DNA of 64,000 nucleotides from Chloroflexota bacterium (lineage in GTDB: Bacteria > Chloroflexota > Anaerolineae > Anaerolineales > UBA11858), in NCBI GenBank assembly GCA_018263575.1, contig JAANWX010000107.1, positions 127-64,126 on the forward strand, read 5' to 3'. The first letter of the stretch is position 1; every line of letters starts with the position of its first letter. Made by a program: the position numbers and the translations under genes. The notes beneath the pieces were generated by a model. It had not been told where the DNA came from and did not search any database. It worked only from the letters and a program-made list of their open reading frames with translations. Below, piece by piece: positions 1 to 6,773 of this stretch.

Positions 1-144
1 CAGTTTCCCGGTTTCCCAGTTTCCCAGTTCCCCAGTTCCCCAGTTTCCCGGTTTCCTGGTTTCCCAGTTTCCCAGTTCCCCAGTTCCCCAGTTTCCCAGT
101 TCCCCAGTTCCCCAGTTTCCCAGTTCCCCAGTTTCCCAGTTTCC
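1..144. repeat. Tandem array of 18 octamers CAGTTYCC (variants CGGTTTCC, TGGTTTCC); may continue beyond the left window edge
   Basis: Read directly: 18 contiguous 8-nt units. The array ends 5 nt before the stop codon (150-152) of the minus-strand BNR gene. A period of 8 is incompatible with coding. Confidence 0.95.
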
Positions 145-149
145 TGATT

Positions 150-1517
150 TTACTCATCACTTATTACAGGTTCAAGCAATGCCCAGGTCCGTCCGCCATT
201 TTCCGTTTTAACCAGGACAGCATCCTCTTCGTTGCTGGCTACAGCCCAGCCAGTTTGGGAGTCTACAAAGCTGAATTGCCCATCCCAGTTGACGGTTTTA
301 ATCTTAACCCAGCTCAAACCGCCGTCAGTGGTGGTGTAAATATCTCGTCCCGTGGCCCAGCCCGTCTGGTAGTCGATAAAGTCCAGCTCATCAACAGGGG
401 AGGGGAGTTTGGCGTATTGCCAATTTTGGCCGCGGTCACCGGTCACATAAATATACGTTAAACTTCGCTCTTCCTCCTCCTCGAAAGTTCGGCAATTGAC
501 AATCAGGGCCGCGGTATGTGCAGAAGTAAAGTGCAGATCTTCGGTGCGACAAGCATTCGGTTCTTCCATCCAATCCAGTTCCGGTGGGGCGGGCAAAAAG
601 CTGCTTTCCCAATTCCTTCCGCCATCCTCAGAATGTTCCCAGAAAGCGCCAAACATCACGCCCATATTATCCTTGGTCACCCAACCCACTTTCTCATCCG
701 CGAAAGCAAGCCCAGTATTTCCCAAACTCTGCAAACTCGTCTTGAAGGGATCAACAAGCCGCTCCCATGTCCCCCCGCCATCACTCGTCCTAAACAAGAG
801 GCTATAATCATGGTGCATGCCGCCGCCAATGTGGATCAGCAGCCAACCATGCTCTAGGTCGGGAAAGCTGAAACCCTCTGGCCTGAAGAATTCCTCCTGC
901 CCTGTTAAATCCAATTCGCCGCTAGCTTGCCACGACAACCCGCCATCATTTGTGGCCCACACGCGGGGGGAAGGGGGGACGACGCGCCATTCAGCGTAAG
1001 CGTAAATCACCCACGCATTCTGAGCATCCGCAAAATAACCCCAAGCCACTTTCCTTGGCTCGCCCTGTTGGGGAGAAGGTTCCGGCGGGGTCACGTCAGA
1101 CCAGGTTTGTCCGCCATCGCGGGTGTAGAGGATGTGGTCATCACTTTGGGATTGGTGACCTATTCCCCAGCCCGTGCTGTGGTCGATCATGGCGATGCGC
1201 GAGAGAATGACCTCGTCCCCGGAGGTGAGCGGTCGCAGGTGCGGGGCGGTCCCGCTGTCCGGAGAAGGGGACGCGGTGGGCGCGGAGACGGTCGCCTCCC
1301 CGGCCGGGGCGGATTCTTCCTCGGGCGGCTGCGTCCACGTGGGGGTGGGAAGGAGTTCCCCGGTCACGGCGGGTTGAGGTGACAAATCTACGGCTGGGGA
1401 CGACTCATCCGTCACCGCAACCGGACTCTCCCCCGCCGGTGAAGGAGCATCCCCCGGGTAATTGCATCCTCCCAAGACGAATATCAAAACAGTCCAAATT
1501 GGTATCACATGTCGCAT
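150..1517 (-). CDS. BNR/Asp-box repeat beta-propeller lipoprotein (Ycf48/sialidase-like fold)
   Basis: 455-aa ORF with an N-terminal signal peptide and lipobox (VLGGC). Seven Asp-box motifs: TRDGGQTW, TNDGGLSW, TSDGGGTW, SEDGGRNW, TGDRGQNW, TTDGGLSW, TENGGRTW. A GGAGG SD lies about 8 nt upstream of the ATG. Confidence 0.8.
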   Translation of the reverse strand: MRHVIPIWTVLIFVLGGCNYPGDAPSPAGESPVAVTDESSPAVDLSPQPAVTGELLPTPTWTQPPEEESAPAGEATVSAPTASPSPDSGTAPHLRPLTSGDEVILSRIAMIDHSTGWGIGHQSQSDDHILYTRDGGQTWSDVTPPEPSPQQGEPRKVAWGYFADAQNAWVIYAYAEWRVVPPSPRVWATNDGGLSWQASGELDLTGQEEFFRPEGFSFPDLEHGWLLIHIGGGMHHDYSLLFRTSDGGGTWERLVDPFKTSLQSLGNTGLAFADEKVGWVTKDNMGVMFGAFWEHSEDGGRNWESSFLPAPPELDWMEEPNACRTEDLHFTSAHTAALIVNCRTFEEEEERSLTYIYVTGDRGQNWQYAKLPSPVDELDFIDYQTGWATGRDIYTTTDGGLSWVKIKTVNWDGQFSFVDSQTGWAVASNEEDAVLVKTENGGRTWALLEPVISDE

Positions 1518-1559
1518 TTATCTGCCTCCATAATTTGAGATAAGCCTTCCCTCTCAAAC

Positions 1560-1596
1560 AAAAAAGCCCTCTCATCCCGTAGAGGACGAAAAGGGC
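1560..1596 (-). terminator. Intrinsic terminator of the T-box leader
   Basis: Minus-strand RNA GCCCUUUUCGUCC-UCUAC-GGGAUGAGAGGGC (11 of 13 positions pair, including G-U) followed by UUUUUU. It lies immediately 3' of the T-box sequence. Confidence 0.75.
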
Positions 1597-1882
1597 CAAG
1601 AGCTGCCTTCCGCGGTACCACCTCGTTTTGCCACGTAAAAGGGTGCTGACTTGTTTTTACGGGCACTCTCATCCCGGCTTGGACAGAAACTTCCGCAACG
1701 GGATTTCGCTATAACGGGCTTACCCGTGTCGGTCTACTCTTCACTGACTGGGCTTGAATTTCTTCGACATTTTCTCTGGGCGACTTTCGGTGGGGCTTGC
1801 TGGGGGCGACTTTCAGCCAGTGGTCATCCCTTCTCTAGCAGCACGCGGAGCACCTACTCCTCCCAGATCGGTTTATTCGATT
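1597..1882 (-). promoter_or_regulatory. T-box leader RNA (tRNA-sensing riboswitch), probable Val (GUC) specifier
   Basis: Minus-strand motifs in canonical order: AGUA S-turn (1855-1858), AGAGAA bulge (1831-1836), distal loop CACUGGCUGAAA, specifier loop CACC-GAAAGUCG-CCCAG (1776-1792), F-box CCGUUA (1712-1717), stem III CGUAAAA/UUUUACG, and T-box sequence GGUGGUACCGCG (1611-1622). Confidence 0.8.
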
Positions 1883-1888
1883 GTCTAC

Positions 1889-1917
1889 ATTATACACACA
1901 ATTTTGATTGCGGTCAA
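1889..1917 (-). promoter_or_regulatory. Sigma70-type promoter for the T-box leader
   Basis: The minus strand reads TTGACC (1917-1912), a 17-nt spacer, then TATAAT (1894-1889). Both hexamers are at or near consensus. Confidence 0.65.
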
Positions 1918-2068
1918 TAAAAAAGACAAAGCCTGGATGAGGAGGGCACCCAGGCTTATATCGCGTGCATTGTATCATTTCTGGTAGCTTGTAAATGCCA
2001 ATATTCATTACAAGTCTATTTTAGGAGATGACATACAACCTATTTAGCTTACAGAACCTTAACATTTC

Positions 2069-2098
2069 TTGACTTTAACCCCCTAAATATGCTATTCT
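2069..2098 (+). promoter_or_regulatory. Candidate sigma70 promoter upstream of repeat copy A and the MBL-fold gene
   Basis: TTGACT (2069-2074), an 18-nt spacer, then TATTCT (2093-2098). Confidence 0.3.
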
Positions 2099-2135
2099 AT
2101 GTGACAGTGGCAAAATGTTTTCAAGGAATATTTTC

Positions 2136-2291
2136 TGTAACCATTCAGCCCCTTCCCCTAGAGCAAACTTCAAAAGTCTCAGAGGATGTTTTAAGAGAAG
2201 TTTCATAAGCGTTTTTGAACTTTTGGGTCCACCAAGCTCTATTTTGAAGACTTTTGAAGTCTATCTCTTTGGGGTGGTGAACGCTTACTAT
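2136..2291 (+). repeat. Copy A of a structured repeat of about 155 nt (copy B at 38815-38966)
   Basis: Shares blocks GCAAACTTCAAAAGTCTCAG and GAAGACNTTTGAAGTCTATCTCTTTGGNNTGGTGAACGCNTACTAT with copy B. Internal long-range inverted repeat: CTTCAAAAGTCT (2168-2179) with AGACTTTTGAAG (2248-2259). Confidence 0.8.
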
Positions 2292-2325
2292 TTTCTTCTA
2301 ACCAAAAAGAGAGGTCTTTTTACTT

Positions 2326-3192
2326 ATGATCCATCGCGAGCGCGTAGCAGATGATGTCTATGTTTTTCAGAGTGATGTGTATGCCGACGTGAACGCCGGG
2401 GCTGTGGTAGGGCCAGAATGGGCGGTGGTGATTGACACCCTGCCCTACCCTAACGAGACCCTGGCTATCCGCACCTTTATTGAAAAGGAACTAAACCGCC
2501 AAGTCCGGTATGTGATCAATACCCATTACCACGCTGACCACAGTTGGGGCACATGCTTTTTCCCGGGAGCTTTAGTGATTGCCCATGAAAAATGCCGAGA
2601 GTTATTAAAAAAAGAGGCCGTACCCGCCTTAGAATTGGCTAGAGAACAAGACCCTGTTTTTAAACACTCTCAGATTGTCCTGCCCCACTTAACGCTAAAT
2701 TCCGGAGAAATAACTTTAAAGGTGGACTCAAAAACCCTCCGCATCTTCGAGCTACCCGGGCATACCCCGGATGGATTAGGGTTGTACATTCCAGAGGCTG
2801 AAGTTCTCTTTGCTGGCGATGTGTGGATGCCCATTCCTCATATCCTGGATGGTGACCCCCTCACTATGCGTCAATCGCTTCGCAAACTTCATGATTTGAC
2901 CCTTGAAAACGTCGTCCAGGGCCACGGGGCCGTTATCCTGCGAGGCGAAGTCACTGATGGAATCAATGATCGAATAAAGTATCTCGATTATATCGAAGAA
3001 ATTGTTGGGCAAGCCGCCCAAGAAGATTTCCCAGGGGAATATCTAGAAAAGCAAACCGTGGAAAAATTCGGCAAGAACCGTGTTTTATTGGGCGGCGCTA
3101 TCGAAGAGGTTCATCAACAAAATTTACGGCATGCTTATATGCAAAAATTTGGTGAAGACCCCTGGGAATATGAAGAGGAAATGTATTATTAA
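2326..3192 (+). CDS. MBL-fold metallo-hydrolase
   Basis: 288-aa ORF with the HxHxDH motif (THYHADHSWG) and downstream His/Asp ligands (PGHTPDG, QGHG). Confidence 0.8.
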   Translation: MIHRERVADDVYVFQSDVYADVNAGAVVGPEWAVVIDTLPYPNETLAIRTFIEKELNRQVRYVINTHYHADHSWGTCFFPGALVIAHEKCRELLKKEAVPALELAREQDPVFKHSQIVLPHLTLNSGEITLKVDSKTLRIFELPGHTPDGLGLYIPEAEVLFAGDVWMPIPHILDGDPLTMRQSLRKLHDLTLENVVQGHGAVILRGEVTDGINDRIKYLDYIEEIVGQAAQEDFPGEYLEKQTVEKFGKNRVLLGGAIEEVHQQNLRHAYMQKFGEDPWEYEEEMYY

Positions 3193-3848
3193 CTTTGTTG
3201 GTTTTTCTTTTTTCGCCAGCCAACGCCGCGTTCTGTGCCCTTCAAAAGGCGTTTTATGTTGGGGCGCAAGGCCCACAGGATGAGCATCTCGGCAAAAAGG
3301 CCAAAAAAGATATACTCCCATGGTTCGCCTAACCAGATCGCTCGGCCAGCAAAGACCAAAGCGGCGATAAGCGGGATACTCATGGTAGTGACCGAAGCAT
3401 AACCTACCCCATAAAAAATCAAAAGCCCCATCGGCAAGAGGATGAGTAGATTGGGCCACCACAGACCCATTGCCCCCCCCAGGGCTGGCGTCCCCCCCGC
3501 TCCACCCCCAAAGTCGAGCTTCCCATCTTCGTCTTGTCTAATGATGTAAATGGAATAATTATGACCAATGACCGCTAAGATGGGCGCAAGAACGTGCATC
3601 CAAGCATTCCCCCCAAAAACATACTTAGCAATCCAAACGGTAGAAGCCGCTTTAAAAATATCTAACAATACCGTCACATAACCAACTGCGGGGCCTGCCG
3701 CACGCATGGCATTTGTACCGCCCGTGCGGCCGCTTTCTATGGTCCTGATATCTTGCCCCTTGGTCAATTTCACCAAAATCAGGCCCATTGGAATAGAGCC
3801 TATTAGGTAAGATACGAAAAGCACACCGAACATTGTTAAGACTCGCAT
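3189..3848 (-). CDS. plsY: Glycerol-3-phosphate acyltransferase PlsY family
   Basis: 219-aa polytopic protein. N-terminus YLIGSIPMGLILVK...GxDIRxxxSGRTGGTNAMRA resembles the PlsY signature. It carries a Gly-rich insertion. Its convergent 4-nt overlap with the MBL gene is unusual. Confidence 0.65.
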   Translation of the reverse strand: MRVLTMFGVLFVSYLIGSIPMGLILVKLTKGQDIRTIESGRTGGTNAMRAAGPAVGYVTVLLDIFKAASTVWIAKYVFGGNAWMHVLAPILAVIGHNYSIYIIRQDEDGKLDFGGGAGGTPALGGAMGLWWPNLLILLPMGLLIFYGVGYASVTTMSIPLIAALVFAGRAIWLGEPWEYIFFGLFAEMLILWALRPNIKRLLKGTERGVGWRKKKNQQS

Positions 3849-4023
3849 TTTGAAGTTTCTCCTTTTGGTTTGAAAATACCGCTGCAGTTAGGATAAGTCA
3901 CTTGCTGTAACCGTTCACCCACCTTCGCCCCCCAACCCCCAATCCTGGGGGAGTCAGCCTTCCCCCCAGAGTTGGGGGGACAGGGGGGCGTGAATGGTTA
4001 CCCCTTGCTTGTTTCGTGCCCCA

Positions 4024-4062
4024 AGACCTCCGAAGTTTACGGCTTTATAACCTCGGAGGTCT
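4024..4062. repeat. AGACCTCCGAAG / CCTCGGAGGTCT hairpin module
   Basis: 10-bp perfect stem with a 15-nt loop. The same stem sequences recur at 34962-35025, and a half-site recurs at 12733-12744. Confidence 0.8.
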
Positions 4063-4150
4063 CAGGGGTAATATATCGATCAAGGACTTCCGCTATGTCT
4101 ATCAGGTATAACACATCCACAAAAAAAGTGTTACGATGCATTCTTGTTTT

Positions 4151-5005
4151 TTAGAGTAAAACAGCAAGCCCCCAAGCAATTATGAGCACCACTGCAGGCC
4201 CTACAATGATTTGCACTAGCGTTTTAGACTCCGAATCAAGTAAGTTTTCGCTGAGTTCAATCAAGGCATACACGGGACCTGAAAGAGCAATCCCAAAAGA
4301 GACTGAATCAAGGGGCCAATAATGGAAACCGCACGCTAACTCGCCAATCAAAAGCACGCCGAGCAAGGCGGGGCCAAGGGCCCATTCTCCATGGGCGCGG
4401 AGATGAATGACGCGAAGCAGCACCAACCCTGCCGCAAGGCCCAAGGCCGGGACACGAAAAAAGAGTCGTACCTCAGCGGAATGAAGAGCAATTGCCAAAA
4501 TAAAATACAAAGTCAGAGCAATGGCCGTAATGCCAATAGAAGCTGGAATATAATAAGGGTTGCTATCATCTACCACCATATATTCCGCCATGAGCACCAG
4601 GACGAGAACAACGCTGCTCAGGCTAGCAGCAACCCACCATTGCCCGCCAAATGGGACTTGTTCAACAGTCAACCATAAAACCAGGGCCGTTAAGCTAGGA
4701 AGGAGCCAATGCTGAACAGAGATTTCTCCTTCCAGGCCGGGATGTTCATGAAAGAGCCACGCTGCCCCTGTCGCCGTTAATCCCGTGATCAAAACAGCAA
4801 TCATCGTCGAAAAGTTGAGGGTGATTGGGAGGTAAACGCCAGCAACCTGAATCTCAAATTCCGTCAAAGAGAGGCTCACAAAGTGGGTCAGGGCATAAGC
4901 CAAGAGAATAGTTGCCGCCAAAACACTTATATTATCCAGATTCGGAAAGTGATACTTATCGCCTTGCATGCCAGCATTGTACCGTGATTTGGGGTGACTT
5001 GCCAA
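4151..5005 (-). CDS. Polytopic membrane protein, function unknown
   Basis: 284-aa ORF with about 8 hydrophobic helices. No motif recognised. Confidence 0.6.
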   Translation of the reverse strand: MASHPKSRYNAGMQGDKYHFPNLDNISVLAATILLAYALTHFVSLSLTEFEIQVAGVYLPITLNFSTMIAVLITGLTATGAAWLFHEHPGLEGEISVQHWLLPSLTALVLWLTVEQVPFGGQWWVAASLSSVVLVLVLMAEYMVVDDSNPYYIPASIGITAIALTLYFILAIALHSAEVRLFFRVPALGLAAGLVLLRVIHLRAHGEWALGPALLGVLLIGELACGFHYWPLDSVSFGIALSGPVYALIELSENLLDSESKTLVQIIVGPAVVLIIAWGLAVLL

Positions 5006-5125
5006 TGGGATATAAATTCCCGGCTATGCTACTGTCGCAACATCAAATTGTGTGCTACACTTTTAATGGATAGTTCATTGATCTGCTCTTTAGCCCCGTC
5101 TCCGGGGCGCCCGAGGATCGCGGAG

Positions 5126-5213
5126 CCACACGGTGTTGCCCACGCTTTGCGGGCCTCCGGCCAGGGCATGCATACCGGTGGTACGCAAAGAGAGCACACC
5201 CATTTGGTGTACC
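5126..5213 (-). repeat. 88-nt multi-hairpin repeat, copy R1 (inverted relative to R2 at 59027-59114)
   Basis: The reverse complement matches 59027-59114 with 4 mismatches in 88 nt. Confidence 0.9.
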
Positions 5214-5298
5214 GTCGCTCTGCTCACGGTGTGCAGCCCGCCCGGTGGGCAACCCTAGGTTGTAGGCTGTGCCCAAGGGCATAGAGGAAACTACCTTC

Positions 5299-5676
5299 AT
5301 GACCACAAAACGCCAAAAACTTGGCCGCTGGGGAGAAGCCAAGGCAGCCCATTATCTACAAGAGCGCGGCTACACCATCATCGACACCAACGCCTATACG
5401 CAATACGGCGAACTGGACATCATCGCCAGCCAAACCCTGCAAGACCAGAAAACGACCATTTTCGTCGAGGTGAAAACCCGCACCACAACCACATTTGGCT
5501 ACCCAGAAGAAGCCATCACCGCCCTCAAACGCGAGCATATTCTCGCCTCAGCCCAGGCCTATTTACAAGACCATCCCCAACTGGGTGACGCCTGGCAAGT
5601 TGACATCATCTCCATCTTGCGCCCAGACCCCGAAACAGCCCCCAAAATCAGACACTTCGAGAACGTCTTTTCATGA
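5299..5676 (+). CDS. yraN: YraN family endonuclease (UPF0102)
   Basis: Motifs GRWGEAKAAHYLQERGY, GELDIIA and FVEVKTR. The ATG at 5299 is preferred over 5269 because a GAGGAA SD lies 9 nt upstream. Confidence 0.75.
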   Translation: MTTKRQKLGRWGEAKAAHYLQERGYTIIDTNAYTQYGELDIIASQTLQDQKTTIFVEVKTRTTTTFGYPEEAITALKREHILASAQAYLQDHPQLGDAWQVDIISILRPDPETAPKIRHFENVFS

Positions 5677-6614
5677 CCCCAAAAGCCAAAAAACACATCC
5701 CTCTCATCGTCATCCTTGGCCCCACCGCCGTGGGAAAAACGGAGCTATCCATTCAACTCGCCGAGCGCCTGGGGGGAGAAATCGTCTCAGCCGATTCACG
5801 CCTTTTTTACCGGGAGATGGATATCGGGACCGCCAAACCCACCCCGGCCGAGCGTGCCCGCCTTCCCCACCACCTAATCGATGTCACCAATCCGGACCAG
5901 CCCTGGAATTTAGCCATTTACCTCCGCGAGGCGAAATCCGTTATTAGAGAGATTCACCAGCGGGAAAAACTCCCCTTCCTGGTGGGAGGGACGGGCCAAT
6001 ACATCCAGGCCCTGCTGGAGGGGTGGCGAATCCCGACTGTGGAACCTGACCCGGCCCTGCGGGAAGTGCTCCAGGCCTGGACGGAGAGAATCGGCCCCGC
6101 CGGGTTGCGCTCCCGCTTGGCCACTCTCGACCCGGAGGCGGCCGCCGCCATTGACGGGCCCAACATCCGCCGCATGATCCGCGCCCTGGAGGTGATCTTC
6201 CACTCCGGGGAACGCTTCTCCGCCCAAAGGGGACCATCCCCCACGCCCTACCACGTTCTCCGCCTGGGGCTTACCCGTCCCCGCCAAGAACTCTACCAAC
6301 GCATTGATCTCCGCATCCAAAACATGCTAGAAGCGGGCTTTGTTGACGAGGTCAAATCGTTGTTGGCTGCAGGCTATTCCCCCAAGCTTCCCCCCCTATC
6401 TGCCATTGGCTACCGGCAAATTATCCATTACCTCGACGACGTGATCACTTTAGAAGAAGCTGTGCGGCAAATGAGCAGCCGGACGCGAAAGTATGTCCGC
6501 CACCAGGCCAACTGGTTTCAGGTTGACGACCCAGAAATTGCCTGGTTTCAAGTTTCAAACGATGTTTTATCAAAAATGGAGGAGGAAATTACGCGCTTTT
6601 TGGAAAATCTTTGA
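5673..6614 (+). CDS. miaA: tRNA dimethylallyltransferase
   Basis: P-loop GPTAVGKT, then SADSRLFYREMDIGTAKPT. 313 aa. ATGA overlap with yraN. Confidence 0.9.
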   Translation: MTPKAKKHIPLIVILGPTAVGKTELSIQLAERLGGEIVSADSRLFYREMDIGTAKPTPAERARLPHHLIDVTNPDQPWNLAIYLREAKSVIREIHQREKLPFLVGGTGQYIQALLEGWRIPTVEPDPALREVLQAWTERIGPAGLRSRLATLDPEAAAAIDGPNIRRMIRALEVIFHSGERFSAQRGPSPTPYHVLRLGLTRPRQELYQRIDLRIQNMLEAGFVDEVKSLLAAGYSPKLPPLSAIGYRQIIHYLDDVITLEEAVRQMSSRTRKYVRHQANWFQVDDPEIAWFQVSNDVLSKMEEEITRFLENL

Positions 6615-6640
6615 TATACTATATATGTAACACTCACACC

Positions 6641-6685
6641 CCCTCACCCTAACCCTCTCCCAGAGGGAGAGAATTGAGGTGAGGG
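6641..6685. repeat. Nested hairpin module CCCTCACC..CTCTCCC-AGA-GGGAGAG..GGTGAGGG
   Basis: An inner 7-bp stem and an outer 8-bp stem, 27 nt after the miaA stop. The same module, with extra hairpins inserted, is at 34527-34640. Confidence 0.8.
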
Positions 6686-6773
6686 CAAAGGCTGAACGAT
6701 TACCAAGTGAATGTCACCAAAGGGGGAATCATTAAAACTAAATCTCTTTTATTCTCTTCCAAAGGAGGAAGCA

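Noticed and set aside
1-144. CRISPR array as an explanation for this and the other tandem arrays (12345, 18463, 22495, 61569)
   Set aside because: The periods are only 7-9 nt with no unique spacers, and there are no cas genes apart from an orphan Cas4-like gene 7 kb or more from any array.
1560-1880. RNase P RNA, cobalamin riboswitch, M-box or SRP RNA, suggested by GAAAGUCGCCC, CCACUGG, AGCCGGGAUGAGAGUGCC and GGAAGGCAGC strings
   Set aside because: The conserved blocks of those RNAs are absent or in the wrong order. The full ordered set of T-box elements (AGUA, AGAGA, F-box, GGUGGUACCGCG, terminator) explains the region.
2115-2354. 79-aa ORF (and 38693-38932, also 79 aa) sharing ANFKSLRG
   Set aside because: The similarity is confined to the DNA repeat core. 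The ORF at 2115 runs into the MBL gene start, and both lack translation signals.
3189-3192. Convergent 4-nt overlap of the MBL gene and plsY as a sign of mis-annotation
   Set aside because: Both ORFs carry family motifs up to near their C-termini. A short convergent overlap is unusual but possible.
5055-5342. 95-aa ORF sharing the peptide TPNGCA..AYHRYA.PGRRPAKRGQHRV with ORF 58985-59257, and partly with 9568-9753, as a possible small conserved protein
   Set aside because: The shared peptide is the translation of the 88-nt DNA repeat. The ORFs differ completely outside it, the third copy deletes the middle out of register, and there are no SD or start signals. A non-coding repeat is the simpler explanation, though expression was not testable.
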